From the NCBI GenBank assembly GCA_032718475.1, contig JAUCBJ010000367.1:27922-91921 (forward strand): 64,000 nt of DNA. Direction: 5' to 3'. The first letter of the stretch is position 1. Each line of letters begins with the position of its first letter. Shown here piece by piece: positions 51,501-61,306 of this stretch. Both the position numbers and the translations under genes were made by a program. The notes under the pieces are model-generated. The model searched no databases. It worked only from the letters and a program-made list of their open reading frames with translations, and had not been told where the DNA came from. The stretch comes from Nemertoderma westbladi. Its lineage: Eukaryota > Animalia > Xenacoelomorpha.

Positions 51501-53227
51501 AGGTAAGTGAGAAACCCTCTTCTAGGAGAAGAGTAACACCTGTGTGTTACAATGACGACGGCGAAAGCCAAGCTTCTCAAGAAGAAGACAGCGGGAAAGA
51601 CACCGAACGATCTTACTATGTTGACAAAACCTCCAAAGACGTAAGTAAATACAAGTCTCGAACCAGTGACAGGAGAGAACAGGTAACAACAACTCCTCCT
51701 ACGTCTCCTAAGAGAATTCACGGAAGAAAGCCCGAAGAAAGAACGAGAGTGCAGAACGTTAACCAAGTTAAGGTGAGTAACATCAAACCAAAATGTGCGC
51801 TGTGCGACGGGCCCCACCGTTTGAGTGCGTGTGCTGAATTTCTAAAGAAATCCCTTGTAGACAGAAGTACAGTCCTGTGGAATAAGCGGTTATGCTATAA
51901 TTGCCTCAGATCAGGACACCAACGGCGAACCTGTTACTCCGACATAAAGTGTGCAAAGTGTGGCGCGAAACATCACATCTTGTTACACAGTGAGTTCGAA
52001 CGAGACAAACTGAGTCAGGTAAGTGAGCCCGAACTACATGTCCAATTCAGTGATGTAAACGACACTGATCAAGAATCTGAGATGGAAGGATTCTATACTG
52101 ACGAATTCTCCGACGCCAACGAATCCTGTTATCTAATCAATACCGCAGTGTATCGAGCACTTACTTACGAAAAGGACATCAACGATGAGTTTCCCCCAAC
52201 TACTTTCGCCAAACAACCATCTTGGAAAGCTCCAGCTTCCAACGTAGGAATCAGAGAATTTCCTGTAGTTCAAGTAAGAGTTCACGGTCTTAACAAAAGC
52301 TACATAGTGAACGCCCTCCTTGACTCCGGCAGCACAGGAACATTCATCGATCAAGAACTAGCCAAAGATATCTTTGGTGGACAACCCAAGTTCCGGACTA
52401 AATTGAATATGTCAGGAATTATGCAGGTTTGGAAATCTACCCTAACGGCAGATTACTATGTAGGTGTGTTGTCCACCCCCCAGGATAAGTTAGGAACACA
52501 AGGTATAAGGTCAGTAAAAATGGTGGCTATAAAGAACTTTGCTACTACTCAAGCAGAACCTTATAACTGGGACGAGGACGAGTGCATCCAACATCTTGAG
52601 ATACCTCGATTCCAAACCGATTATCCTGGAGTGCAAATCCTCATCGGCCAAAACGCGCATGAGGCGCTCGAGACATTGGAGAAACGGCCTGCTCAACCGC
52701 AGCCATTACAAACTTATGCGGTAAGAACTAGAGTAGGTTGGTACTTCACTGGCCCTTCCCGTAGAACTCTCAAAGAGAGATTACCTCAACAACAGGTATA
52801 CCAAGTAAAGGAATGGGAAGTGGAGAGCAGTGAGGTGGACGACCCAACTGAGGGAACACCATACTCCTCAGATAATGACGATATTAACTCCAATGTAGAT
52901 CAATGGAGACATCGCCCCGAGATGATTAATCTAGCCGACAGCGCTTCCAGAGGAGCAACTCCTCAAGAACGGATAGATACTCCCGGCTGGTTAAGTGGAC
53001 CCGACTCCCTAAGTAAAGAAGAAGATGAATGGCCTCCTCATCTTACCACGGCGAAGATTAGACAGGCCAAGGGAGTGGAGGAAGTAACACGACAGCCTAA
53101 TCGCCCAGCTGGTCATTTAGGTTTACTGGAAAGAGACCGAAAACTGTCTGGAAACCATGGAAGGCAAGATACTCTTCCTACGACCACTTCCCTAATTCGA
53201 CAAAGATCTAGGGACTCCATAACGTAA
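48554..53227 (+). CDS. gag: BEL/Pao Gag-protease polyprotein (1557 aa) with remnants of RNase H and integrase C-termini
   Basis: It contains a DUF1759-like capsid region (IVKFNGDEMKWLPF...EKLRFLIKCLEG), the BEL triple zinc knuckle (CALCDGPH....C, CYNCLRSGH....C, CAKCGAKHHILLH) and an aspartic protease (NALLDSGS at ~52322, with ILIG and RTRVGW). An RNase H tail follows (QWRH...NLADSASRG...WLSGP...EW). No RT catalytic motif or integrase HHCC/DDE is present. Confidence 0.92.
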   Translation: MSDTQQNLSDSLIDTTIRKVTPPVVSDPKLIHHRSIIGTRAQVKRNQEAAVPKQQQPSQETCSQRSYSSSSSDTVELTPERGLQMAATAYSDPLLTLPAAVLTTILIAVEEHQADWARNKKATQDNYAGYAREELMSIVESQWNFPGPGLPLDLSEATWEDIHRMGVTKDTMDPAVWKRSAAGYVQGFFGSLERLEEQLFRQPQGPQEQEELLYQVRERTLRIRIILSAFEETSKRRQDTSLQVSVKTWFQRVGRKVQETDQWKSQLSERLTSEDPTDVTISQAESEETPEKPRTRDAIDIYLSDYQRFLGDEELRRRLSGLSPNSEGTKLVLDSIDAEMLAANQAEFDEKLRLTRVREEQVKKERIEKRKVAAAAAAEAEAERKEAEAERKAAEAEAERKAAEAEAERKAAEAEAERKAAEAEAERKAAEAEAERKAAEAEAERKAVEAERKAAVAEAERRASEETIQLELENLQETQDSINKQFTANQMQMMRKSTPKRQGYTSSEEGETTDPEGGGNRSHLSRRRKTSYRRKLPDLPPAVRRQLASTDLSSIEPTAQSIKVKRLPTIVDEPEIIRPVVPKVTSVLETPVLPELNSKFPLHSTTLPVPGGTVQENIPVRIAEREIKDLSPVVPRQPATMLATPASAVEWVEEGRRGMNLLLGQMQETVHQLKGTVREGRAELQEVQQSIALERDKLVNIQKGIPIPPVTLCQPVRSEVLHAQGVEPTRIYTASEVETPITNPIKGDYRPVINDIPYRPDNDPRNLYTDNSILNNTMAQESFTRQMARTEACQAVKVGEIVKFNGDEMKWLPFNEYYKDSIQNSVLSNGEKLRFLIKCLEGPPKLMALKFIGHPEGLRQVWDTLNIRYGNKDNIAKYLYAKLVAPRHFLSSGIIEFSDEIQEICRQLDWLGKSHEYQSSMVIGAVVSTLPKGGVCTRWDKKVLYMNEQQRRSPTMADLMSFLDGEVKLQLIKQSREKTSENKVSEKPSSRRRVTPVCYNDDGESQASQEEDSGKDTERSYYVDKTSKDVSKYKSRTSDRREQVTTTPPTSPKRIHGRKPEERTRVQNVNQVKVSNIKPKCALCDGPHRLSACAEFLKKSLVDRSTVLWNKRLCYNCLRSGHQRRTCYSDIKCAKCGAKHHILLHSEFERDKLSQVSEPELHVQFSDVNDTDQESEMEGFYTDEFSDANESCYLINTAVYRALTYEKDINDEFPPTTFAKQPSWKAPASNVGIREFPVVQVRVHGLNKSYIVNALLDSGSTGTFIDQELAKDIFGGQPKFRTKLNMSGIMQVWKSTLTADYYVGVLSTPQDKLGTQGIRSVKMVAIKNFATTQAEPYNWDEDECIQHLEIPRFQTDYPGVQILIGQNAHEALETLEKRPAQPQPLQTYAVRTRVGWYFTGPSRRTLKERLPQQQVYQVKEWEVESSEVDDPTEGTPYSSDNDDINSNVDQWRHRPEMINLADSASRGATPQERIDTPGWLSGPDSLSKEEDEWPPHLTTAKIRQAKGVEEVTRQPNRPAGHLGLLERDRKLSGNHGRQDTLPTTTSLIRQRSRDSIT
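49680..49935 (+). repeat. 27-bp in-frame tandem repeat encoding (AAEAEAERK)n in Gag
   Basis: GCGGCAGAAGCAGAAGCCGAAAGAAAR units are directly visible, about 8-9 copies counting the degenerate ones. Confidence 0.95.
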
Positions 53228-53764
53228 TTATATATGGAGTGGGTGTATGTCTATATTATTTTATCTATTTTATTACATTTTATATGTAAATGTTATTATG
53301 TACGTTATTATAATCGTTTTTATTTAATTTTATTTAGTAAAATGTTATTTTAGAATATTTAGTAAATTAGTGCAATATATTAGTGTTTATTACGTACATA
53401 ATTACTATAATATATATTTAGTGCGACGGCGAGAAATGATTATTTTTCTCTTCCCTTACTGTCCGTATCATATTATAAATACGTGACTACAGTAAGATGA
53501 AATGTCCGTACTTCTTAAAGTACAATAAAGCCACTACTATATTTAAGTATTATTGGTAGGCAGAGTATTAGGAATGCAAAGTTCAGATCCTCGTGTCTCG
53601 GCTAAACCAAGCTCTGGGTAGACCTTGGAAACGACTTGCCTCTTCACACTGACATTGCTTCGTGCGATATTGCTCTTCTACCTTATAACAAATAATACAT
53701 ATAGTAGCGTGATGTCCCTCTAACAGTAGCGTAAATCGCAAATAAATCTGTTAAACTTTTTGAC

Positions 53765-54036
53765 CATCTGTAATTCTAGTCGATTAAGATATCGTGGCAC
53801 CCACCGATATACTTGAAAGACAAATTCTAGAATCAGTGGTTAACGTCCCCAGACAAGTTCTGGAATAAATCGGTGCCCATCCTAAATATTAATTTAATAT
53901 TTATTAAAATCTGTAAAATTCCGATCCTTTAAAATTTCTAGTCAATTAAAATATCGCAGTATTTACCGATATTCTTAGAAGGACTATTTTATAGAATTAA
54001 GGATCCTGAGTTCCCAGACATGCTCTGGAATAAAAT
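53765..54036. repeat. Diverged ~100-bp direct repeat pair in the post-gag spacer
   Basis: TTCTAGTCRATTAARATATCG...CCGATAT...CCCAGACA.G.TCTGGAATAAA occurs at ~53773 and ~53936. Confidence 0.75.
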
Positions 54037-54661
54037 TTGTGTCAATTTAACATCAAATAATAAAATTCACGGGAATAAATTTAAATTCATATTCAAATGA
54101 ATTTCATAAATTGTCATTTTTTGCAATTTATAACATTCCCAAAATTCCAGTAATTAATAGATCATGGGAGCGGAGATTCATATTGAGTGTATTAAAGTGC
54201 GAGAATCTCCAACATATAGTCAATAGCCGATAAAATTTATAAAATCATGCATAAAGAGGATATTGACAACTAAAGAATTACTATTAAATAACATCCCAGA
54301 TCTGTATGCATGAGAATTACCCTAATTCTACCGCTAGTTTTCCATAATGTCACCATGGCAACACCCATGCTAGAATTAGAAGCAAGTTAAAGGAACAATA
54401 AAAGGCTTGCCCCATTGCGTAGCCTAAGAGGATACATAGCGCACTATTAGTATCCAAGGATACATAGTAATAACGTGACATTCTGGAAGACACTGACTAA
54501 CGAACAAATGGCCTGCATGTGTGCAGTAAGTAATGATTGTATGGAATTTGTGCGTTTATAGGTGAATGTTACTACTAAAGTGTGTTTACAGTAGCTAATC
54601 GCAATTGTAAAGTAGCCCTAACTCTACCGAGATAACCTCAAGTGGATTCAAGCTTTTGGGA

Positions 54662-54804
54662 CGGACAGTGGTGGGACTTGTGCCGGTTATCGTTGTCGTG
54701 CTGTTGCTACATGTTGGCGTAAACACCGCGACAACGGTACATCGGCGCTGAGAAACCCACTGTCCGGGGGCAAAGACTAGTAGGCAGCGACGCCCGCTTG
54801 CCTA
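54662..54804 (+). other. Long imperfect RNA hairpin plus a second small hairpin upstream of the accessory ORF
   Basis: 54662-54671 pairs with 54757-54766 (10 bp perfect), 54680-54685 with 54743-54748, and 54689-54700 with 54727-54738 (G-U wobbles). A TAGGCA/TGCCTA hairpin sits at 54781-54804. Confidence 0.65.
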
Positions 54805-54846
54805 AATATTAACTCATACTGATATTAATAAACTCAGATAGCAGAT

Positions 54847-56296
54847 ATGACGGAATTGATAGAAGATGACCTTGGTATTAGAGAGCGATATACTCTACCT
54901 TTACAAGCGTTTGTGGATAGCTTGATACGCGGTGAAGCCGATCCGACTATTACGGAGGACGATGGTCGTTATATCGAACCGCCGATGTCCCAAGAGCAAC
55001 TTACGCGTGAATTGGACTATCGAAAATTAACCGCTCGCTATACGCATCGTAATGGTACGTATATGGACTTCCTAACTACCGGCCATCCTATCGATTTACA
55101 TGATACGGACGATGTATACACCGAAAGGGAAATGGTTCTATTTAAATATCATACCCAGCGGAGTCGTAACGATAAACCGAGAATAGATCACGAAAATTAT
55201 ATTCGTAACAGACTGGGAAGACGAACCAATATGCCTAGAATCTGAAGAGATTCAGCCTATCGCGCCCGGAACAATGACAACGATTACCTCCTAGAATGGT
55301 ATCAAGGTCCACAGTGTCTCACTGCGTACGATTATCGCCATGCCAACTATGTTTCTCGGCAACGTTGTCGGTTATGCGCATCGAGAGACCATGTTACGCC
55401 CATGGACACAAACGTCCGCTGTTCCTATTTCCACGAACAACCGACGATGGAAATTTATTGCGCGTATTACAGACTCAATAACTTGCACATTTTTGCGGTT
55501 TGCCCTCAATTTATGACTCAATGTCACCATTGTCAACTAAAGGGACGCGCCAGTTTCGATTGCCCTTTTTAGTCACGATTTGGAAAGCGTAGATGAAATG
55601 ATCACACTACGTTACATCAGAGCTTGGGAAGCGAACGCTGATTTACATTGTGATTCGCGCCATCGTTATTATCCTGGACGCGCTTACGAAGGAGTTTATG
55701 CGTTCCATCCTTATCTATTCGCTTCTGTCGAACAGAAATCACGCATATCAAGTTATGAACTACTGAAGCGCGTTGGAGAATGTATTTCAACCAAATATGT
55801 ACGCAAATTTCTCAGGAGCATTAATCCGAGTGACATCTATTCTTACAATTTAATAAACTTTATCCGTCAAGACCCTGCCTATGGAGACTTATTTGTCAAC
55901 TCACACCCCGAGTTACAGGAAGTATATCGACGGCCTTACGAGTACCGAGCCCGCGAACGCGAGTTGGAAAGAACCATTAAACCAAGGAAGTTTTTAACTG
56001 CCTATGGTCCACCCACGGCCCTCGTTCAGACCACTCGTAAAGGACCCGTAAGAGCGGCTGTCTTGAAACGAGCTCTCAAAGCCATTAGACCCCTCTCCCC
56101 GGACGTTGATGTCAATCAACCCGGTACTTCGACCGGCGGATATACCGATCGTAATCCCATACCTTCTGATGCAATCATATTGCACCCTTCACCCAAGAGT
56201 TATAGCCCTCCTCGTAAAGTGGCTCGCCCCAAAGAGAAAAGGACTCTTGCTAGCTTTAAAAAACTGCGTAAACGCCGTCCGCGCAAGAAAGACTAA
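54847..56296 (+). pseudogene. Disrupted accessory ORF (~480 codons) with Cys/His zinc-knuckle-like region and basic C-terminus
   Basis: ORF 54847-55245 continues in frame past the TGA to 55572 (CRLCASRDH..C, CAYYRLNNLHIFAVCP, CHHCQLKGRASFDC). Removing one T from the run at 55566-55570 joins it to ORF 55580-56296. Confidence 0.7.
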
Positions 56297-56366
56297 CTGT
56301 TTAGAGTATTTTTATATTTTAGAAACTGTGATTTTGTATATTTTATAGACTTAAATCCCATTTTCT

Positions 56367-56374
56367 GGGAGCGG
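56367..56374 (+). promoter_or_regulatory. Polypurine tract (GGGAGCGG)
   Basis: A short G-rich tract directly abuts the TG of the 3' LTR, the expected PPT position. Confidence 0.7.
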
Positions 56375-57593
56375 TGTAAAAGCTTTTGTGGGATAACTGA
56401 TTCGTTTGCCTTGCTGGCCAGTTCCCCCCCCCCGGTCGCTAGAATACTCTAAAAGGGATCTATAGCTAAAATAGTGCAAGCTACCAGCTTATTGGCTGAT
56501 GTGCTGTACGAAGGTATCTGGGTTCCGTTCGATCGGCCAACCAGCTTAGGGAGGTTGCCTCAGCCCTGCTGTCCGTATCGGCCAATAGAATTTGAGTGGG
56601 CATTGATTTTGACCTATCCCAGAGCTACTGAACTGAATTTCCTATCTGTATGCTCATCCTCTGTGTTGGACGGGAGCTTCGGGGAATAAGGGTAGTTGGT
56701 ATCCTCGTATAGTCAGGTAGTCATATGATTCTTTATATGATTCTGTTGTTGTGTTCCCATTTTTCGCCAGACCACCGGCTTTTGGGAAGAACTCTAGTAA
56801 AACTGCTTAAATTATCGAAAGTATAACTGTTATTCAATCAACCTACTGATCTAATTAACTCACTATTAATCATATAATTCTCCCGAACTTTACTTATTAA
56901 TTATATTGTTTGTACTGTTATTTACCGTCAGTTATTAATTGCATCTATTTGTTGAGGAAATATTGCTCTTTGGAGAATACTGATAAATCACCCAAAATTC
57001 CCAATTTTCTTGATACACTACAGGTTAGAGAGACAGGCTATACATAACAATTGCGATTTATATCAATGTGGTGTGTATTGAATCTAATGTTATTTAGCAG
57101 ACCCTACATGAGTCAATTGCTGCTCTCTTTATGTGTGATCAAATTTACTGACGGTCGGCAGAATAGTGTGCATGATTGTGATTGGTAACAAAGCATCTCC
57201 TAAAGAATGCGCCTTATACTTTAATCATAAGCAGTATCGTTGCGTTTAGTATAAGTCCTAGCTCTGTTTAAATAGATAGAGCGCCACGTCCTAAAGGAAC
57301 TGTTAATATTTTCCCGAAAGCCAATAATATCTGTCAGAAATTAATTATTAACGATCAATCGAATAATACAGTAGGTTTACACTGCAACCTTACACTGCAA
57401 TAATAAAATTTAAGCATCCGAATTCAGCCTCCCGGGTGTATCCATCGGGTGAATGATCGCGCATGGGCTGGCTTCGGCTAATGTTTTGTTTATTAGCATA
57501 AAATATTGTCGTATGCTAAAGGTGTGTTAATTAACTAAAAGACATATAAATTTTGGCAGGTTAAACTGCTAAAGGTCTTCAAAAGCGCGAACA
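56375..57593 (+). repeat. 3' LTR (1219 bp)
   Basis: A copy of 45102-46321, followed by the TSD CAGTA. Confidence 0.97.
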
Positions 57594-58924
57594 CAGTACG
57601 TGTTCACCCCCTTTAATCCCCCCCCCCCCCCCCCCCCCAACCTTCCCAACCACCAATACATAACCGGGACATCTACCACCCACGGAAGGGTAGCACGAAC
57701 TTATTTCCAATCGCACGTTAAATATGCAAAGCCAGGTGGTTTATAGGAATATAATAAACGCAGTACTCGTTTTCATTATAAGCCTCTTTGCGTTCGTCCT
57801 GTTTTGTATTTAAATATATTTCTTAAACGCAGGCTGACGATATTTATAATAATAATAACTAGGGATGCGATCAATATGTGAAGCCAGGTGGTTTATATAA
57901 TAATTTAGTCAACGAGGTACTCGTCTTCATTATACGCCTCGTTGCGCTCGTCGCTTGTCCTGTTTTGTCATAAAATATTTTTCCTAAACGCAGACTGACG
58001 ATCTTTATACAGTTATAACTATGCGAAGTTTCGAAACTGTGCGAGTAACTGTTGATACATCTATGTGGAGATGTGTGATATGTGGAGATGTGTGATACAA
58101 CGCCAACGCATCTTATGCCGATGTAGTAATATGGGTATTGAAATAATATTAAATCAATGTACACTCTTAAAGCTGCAGCGAAAAAATGTAGCTAATTTCC
58201 TAGGTTACATATAAAATAATAATATTATTTTTAAGAACATTAATTTTACTACTTTGCAAAAATTCAATTAAAAAATAACCAGACATATACATTGTGGAAT
58301 AAACTATTTCAGATAAGCCTACACAACAGCCATGCCATGGATGGTATTTATGTTATTATATCTGTCATTTACCTGAGATAGCAATACAACACTTATAGTA
58401 GAGTCAATACAGGAAGGATGTTGGGATGTTGGAATGCTGCCTGGGCTGGAATAGCAATACTGGTTGCCTATTACAATTTCTCTCTGGTTAGTCTACAGCC
58501 ACAACTCCAAGCTAGCTCCACACCAGCAGAGACATGACCAATAATCATTCCCAGCAACTAGCTGCTGCCTTACACACACATCCTTCCATCTTACCAGCAT
58601 GTTAGCCAATAAATGAGCAGTATTTAATGAGAATCAATTTTTTATGACGTTTTAATTACTTTAGATCAATTAAAGACACAATTAATAAAGCAAATCACTT
58701 GAACTAATTAAAAACTATAATAGAATGGGGTATGTGGATTACATCTGTATAATTTTTAATTATAATTATTTAAATCTTATACTGTAAAACAATTAATTTC
58801 CTTTAAAAGGCAGGTTGAAATGGTGTTTTTACCGTAATAACTTAATTAACTAATTAACTGCTATTATCTTAGCTTCTCGAAGGCCACAAGGAAATTCTAC
58901 TTGGAAAATTTCTAAACTTTTGCC

Positions 58925-59092
58925 AAACAACATGTGTACCAAGTTTGGATAGATTTCATCAAAGATTGGCCGAGTTATTAACGTTTAAAATTGAACACTG
59001 CAAAAAAAGCGACAGAACGACAGAACGACAGAACGACAGGTTGATTAATGGTACCACTACGCTAAGGCTCACTCACTTCGTGGCTCGCCCCA
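58925..59092. mobile_element. HINE/Helitron-like terminal segment (TGTACCAAGTTTG core, (GACAGAAC)n microsatellite, terminal hairpin-like GC-rich tract)
   Basis: The motif order resembles non-autonomous Helitron/DINE-1-like elements. The family assignment is inference. Confidence 0.4.
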
Positions 59093-59792
59093 CATACTCC
59101 TCCCAACACCACTGTCTGCCTAACTCTGCCAGACATCCCAAGTTAAAATTAATAGACCATGGAAGAATGTGGATTGTTGACATTTGATATTTTGGCAGAC
59201 AGTTCACTAGTGTAAGATTCACTAATGGTAAAACTAATAGCAGACAATTAGAAACACCCTCAGGGGTGCTGTTATTGAATAGATTTATTCACCTCTGTTT
59301 ATGTCTGCTGTATTACATTAGGAATATACTGGGTTCAATGGTGGTTGTTGTTTTATCCTAGTAGACTTATTGCTTATCTATCAGTTTAGTATTTTGTTAT
59401 TTAAAAAATAATGTGATTGATGTGTACTAATCCAAGCAGTAGACAATCTCGTGTTTGAATTTAACTTTACAACCCAGCCAAATGAATGTCCTGGACCGTA
59501 ATTGGTTGTATTCTAGCTTGTTGACCAGGGGAACTATCCAACCAGGGATTATCTTTTCTACCAGTTAGGCTAATAAAGATATTATAATAAAAAAATGTGA
59601 CTATGATATGAAAAACACACCATAGCACAAAAAGTATAAATGATGAAAAAAATATTTTGTAACCATCAGAAAGCCAATTAAATTCTAGGAAAAGTCAATG
59701 AATTTCATAATAATACATAAAAATCATCATCATGAATTTCTAAAAATAAAAAGTGTTGGGCAGATTCTCCCCAACCCCAGGTGGAATAGGGT

Positions 59793-60217
59793 TAACCTCA
59801 ATCGGCTCTGCTATGGACCTAATAGTTGTGTTGAGAAACCCCAAGTTTATATCTATTATGTAAAGATGATAAAAAAATAAAAAAAATGCCTACCACTTCA
59901 TCCGTTCGTTTTATATCTATTATAGTTTTCCTACAAATAGAGTTATAAATATTGACTTGAAATACATAGACTTTTTTATAACTCCGTTGCCATGGAAACC
60001 AGATTTTTCCTGGATGTGAGACCCAGCCCAAAAGATGCGCCTCGACGAGTAGTATATACATGCAAAATTTCAGGGTACTTTTAAAGGCTAGTTTTTTCGG
60101 AATCAAAAAACCCCAAATCTGCCCCATACAAGTAAAATAGCCCACTATGAATACACCATCTCAGCTAAGGAAAATCTTTCTTAGCGAAATTAGTTGATTT
60201 TCCTAAGCTTCGTGGAT
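59793..60217 (-). mobile_element. Partial copy of the 43160-44279 HINE-like family
   Basis: It shares AACCTCAATCGGCTCTGCTATGGACCT through GATTTTCCTAAGCTTCGTGGAT with that copy. Confidence 0.65.
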
Positions 60218-60221
60218 ACTA

Positions 60222-60872
60222 CTAGAAAGGCATTTCCTAAAGGAAATGCAACCACGAAGCTAAGGAAAATTAAACAAACGTTGACTCATCAGTTCATTGG
60301 TTTGCCTAGTTAAAAGTCATATGTCTTAATTCAACTCCCATTACCATGGTAACTGGACTTTTCTAGAACTGCTCAGTTTTAAATTAAGATCCAGTTTGTG
60401 GTTCCTGGTGACACAAATGGACTTCAATGAAGTTTCATTGAGTTGTAGATGTCAAAAATTAAGGATATATTTGTTAAAACATCTGTTTGCATTGGTTGTC
60501 ATGGAAACTAATAAATAGAAAAACGTAAATTGGATGCAGAATAAGTGATATAGTGAGGGTAGCGGTTGGTCCCAAGTCATAACACATTAACATTAGGCTT
60601 CAAATTAACATTTTATAAATTTTAACATATGTTCAGCCCGGTTGCCAAGGTAACTGGAATTTCTATTTAACCTCAATCGGCTCTGCTATGGACCTTATAG
60701 TTGAGTTGAGAAACCCCAAGTTTATATCTATTATAGTTTTCCTACAAATAGAGTTATAAATATTGACTTGAAATACATAGACTTATTTTGAAGTCCGTTG
60801 CCATGGAAACCAGATTTTTTCCTGGATATGAGACCCGGCCCAAAAGATGCGCCTCGACGAGTAGTATATACA
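60222..60872 (-). mobile_element. Further partial copy of the same HINE-like family, head-to-tail with the previous copy
   Basis: It begins CTAGAAAGGCATTTCCTAAAGGAAATGCAACCACGAAGCTAAGGAAAATT, as at 43160. The internal sequence matches 43860-44130 and 59900-60060. Confidence 0.65.
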
Positions 60873-61306
60873 GTATAGATGCGACCCGCCAAGCTGCTGC
60901 AAAGGCCCTAAATTTAGTGGGCCAGTTATTTCTCTTAGATACAGTAGAACCCCTGAAACAATAGGTCTAGCGCGTCGAAAGTACTTGTCTATAACTAAAA
61001 TTATATCCTCTTTCAGATGAGACAAATAAACATTTTATAGCTCCAGTAGTTTTCAAGATATAATATATAAGGAGTTCCTCGCACCATACCATTTCGGAAC
61101 CTTTCGGAATTGATAAAATTACACAAAATACATCACCCTTCAAAGACTTTGGTATAAACCATGAAACCATTATATGCTTTTTTGGTTTGTTGAATTCATT
61201 ACTAGTAATCGAAAGTAAGATTAGAAGCAAAATTGTAATTTTTTTTATCAATATATACTAAAAGAGCACCAAAAGTGCAAGTAGCACTTTTTTGAAACGT
61301 TTTAAA

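Larger units (their letters stand above)
45102..57593 (+). mobile_element. BEL/Pao (Belpaoviridae) LTR retrotransposon, 12.5 kb, non-autonomous (RT/IN deleted)
   Basis: Two near-identical LTRs start TGT and end ACA, with a 5-bp TSD CAGTA at 45097-45101 and 57594-57598. A Pao-type Gag/protease ORF lies inside and a PPT precedes the 3' LTR. Confidence 0.95.

Noticed and set aside
49195-52724. Antisense and overlapping ORFs within gag, including the (FCFCRLSFG)n ORF 49574-50122
   Set aside because: These are shadows of the gag frame and its 27-bp repeat.
54847-56296. Accessory ORF as an envelope gene
   Set aside because: No signal peptide, hydrophobic fusion segment or transmembrane segment is visible.
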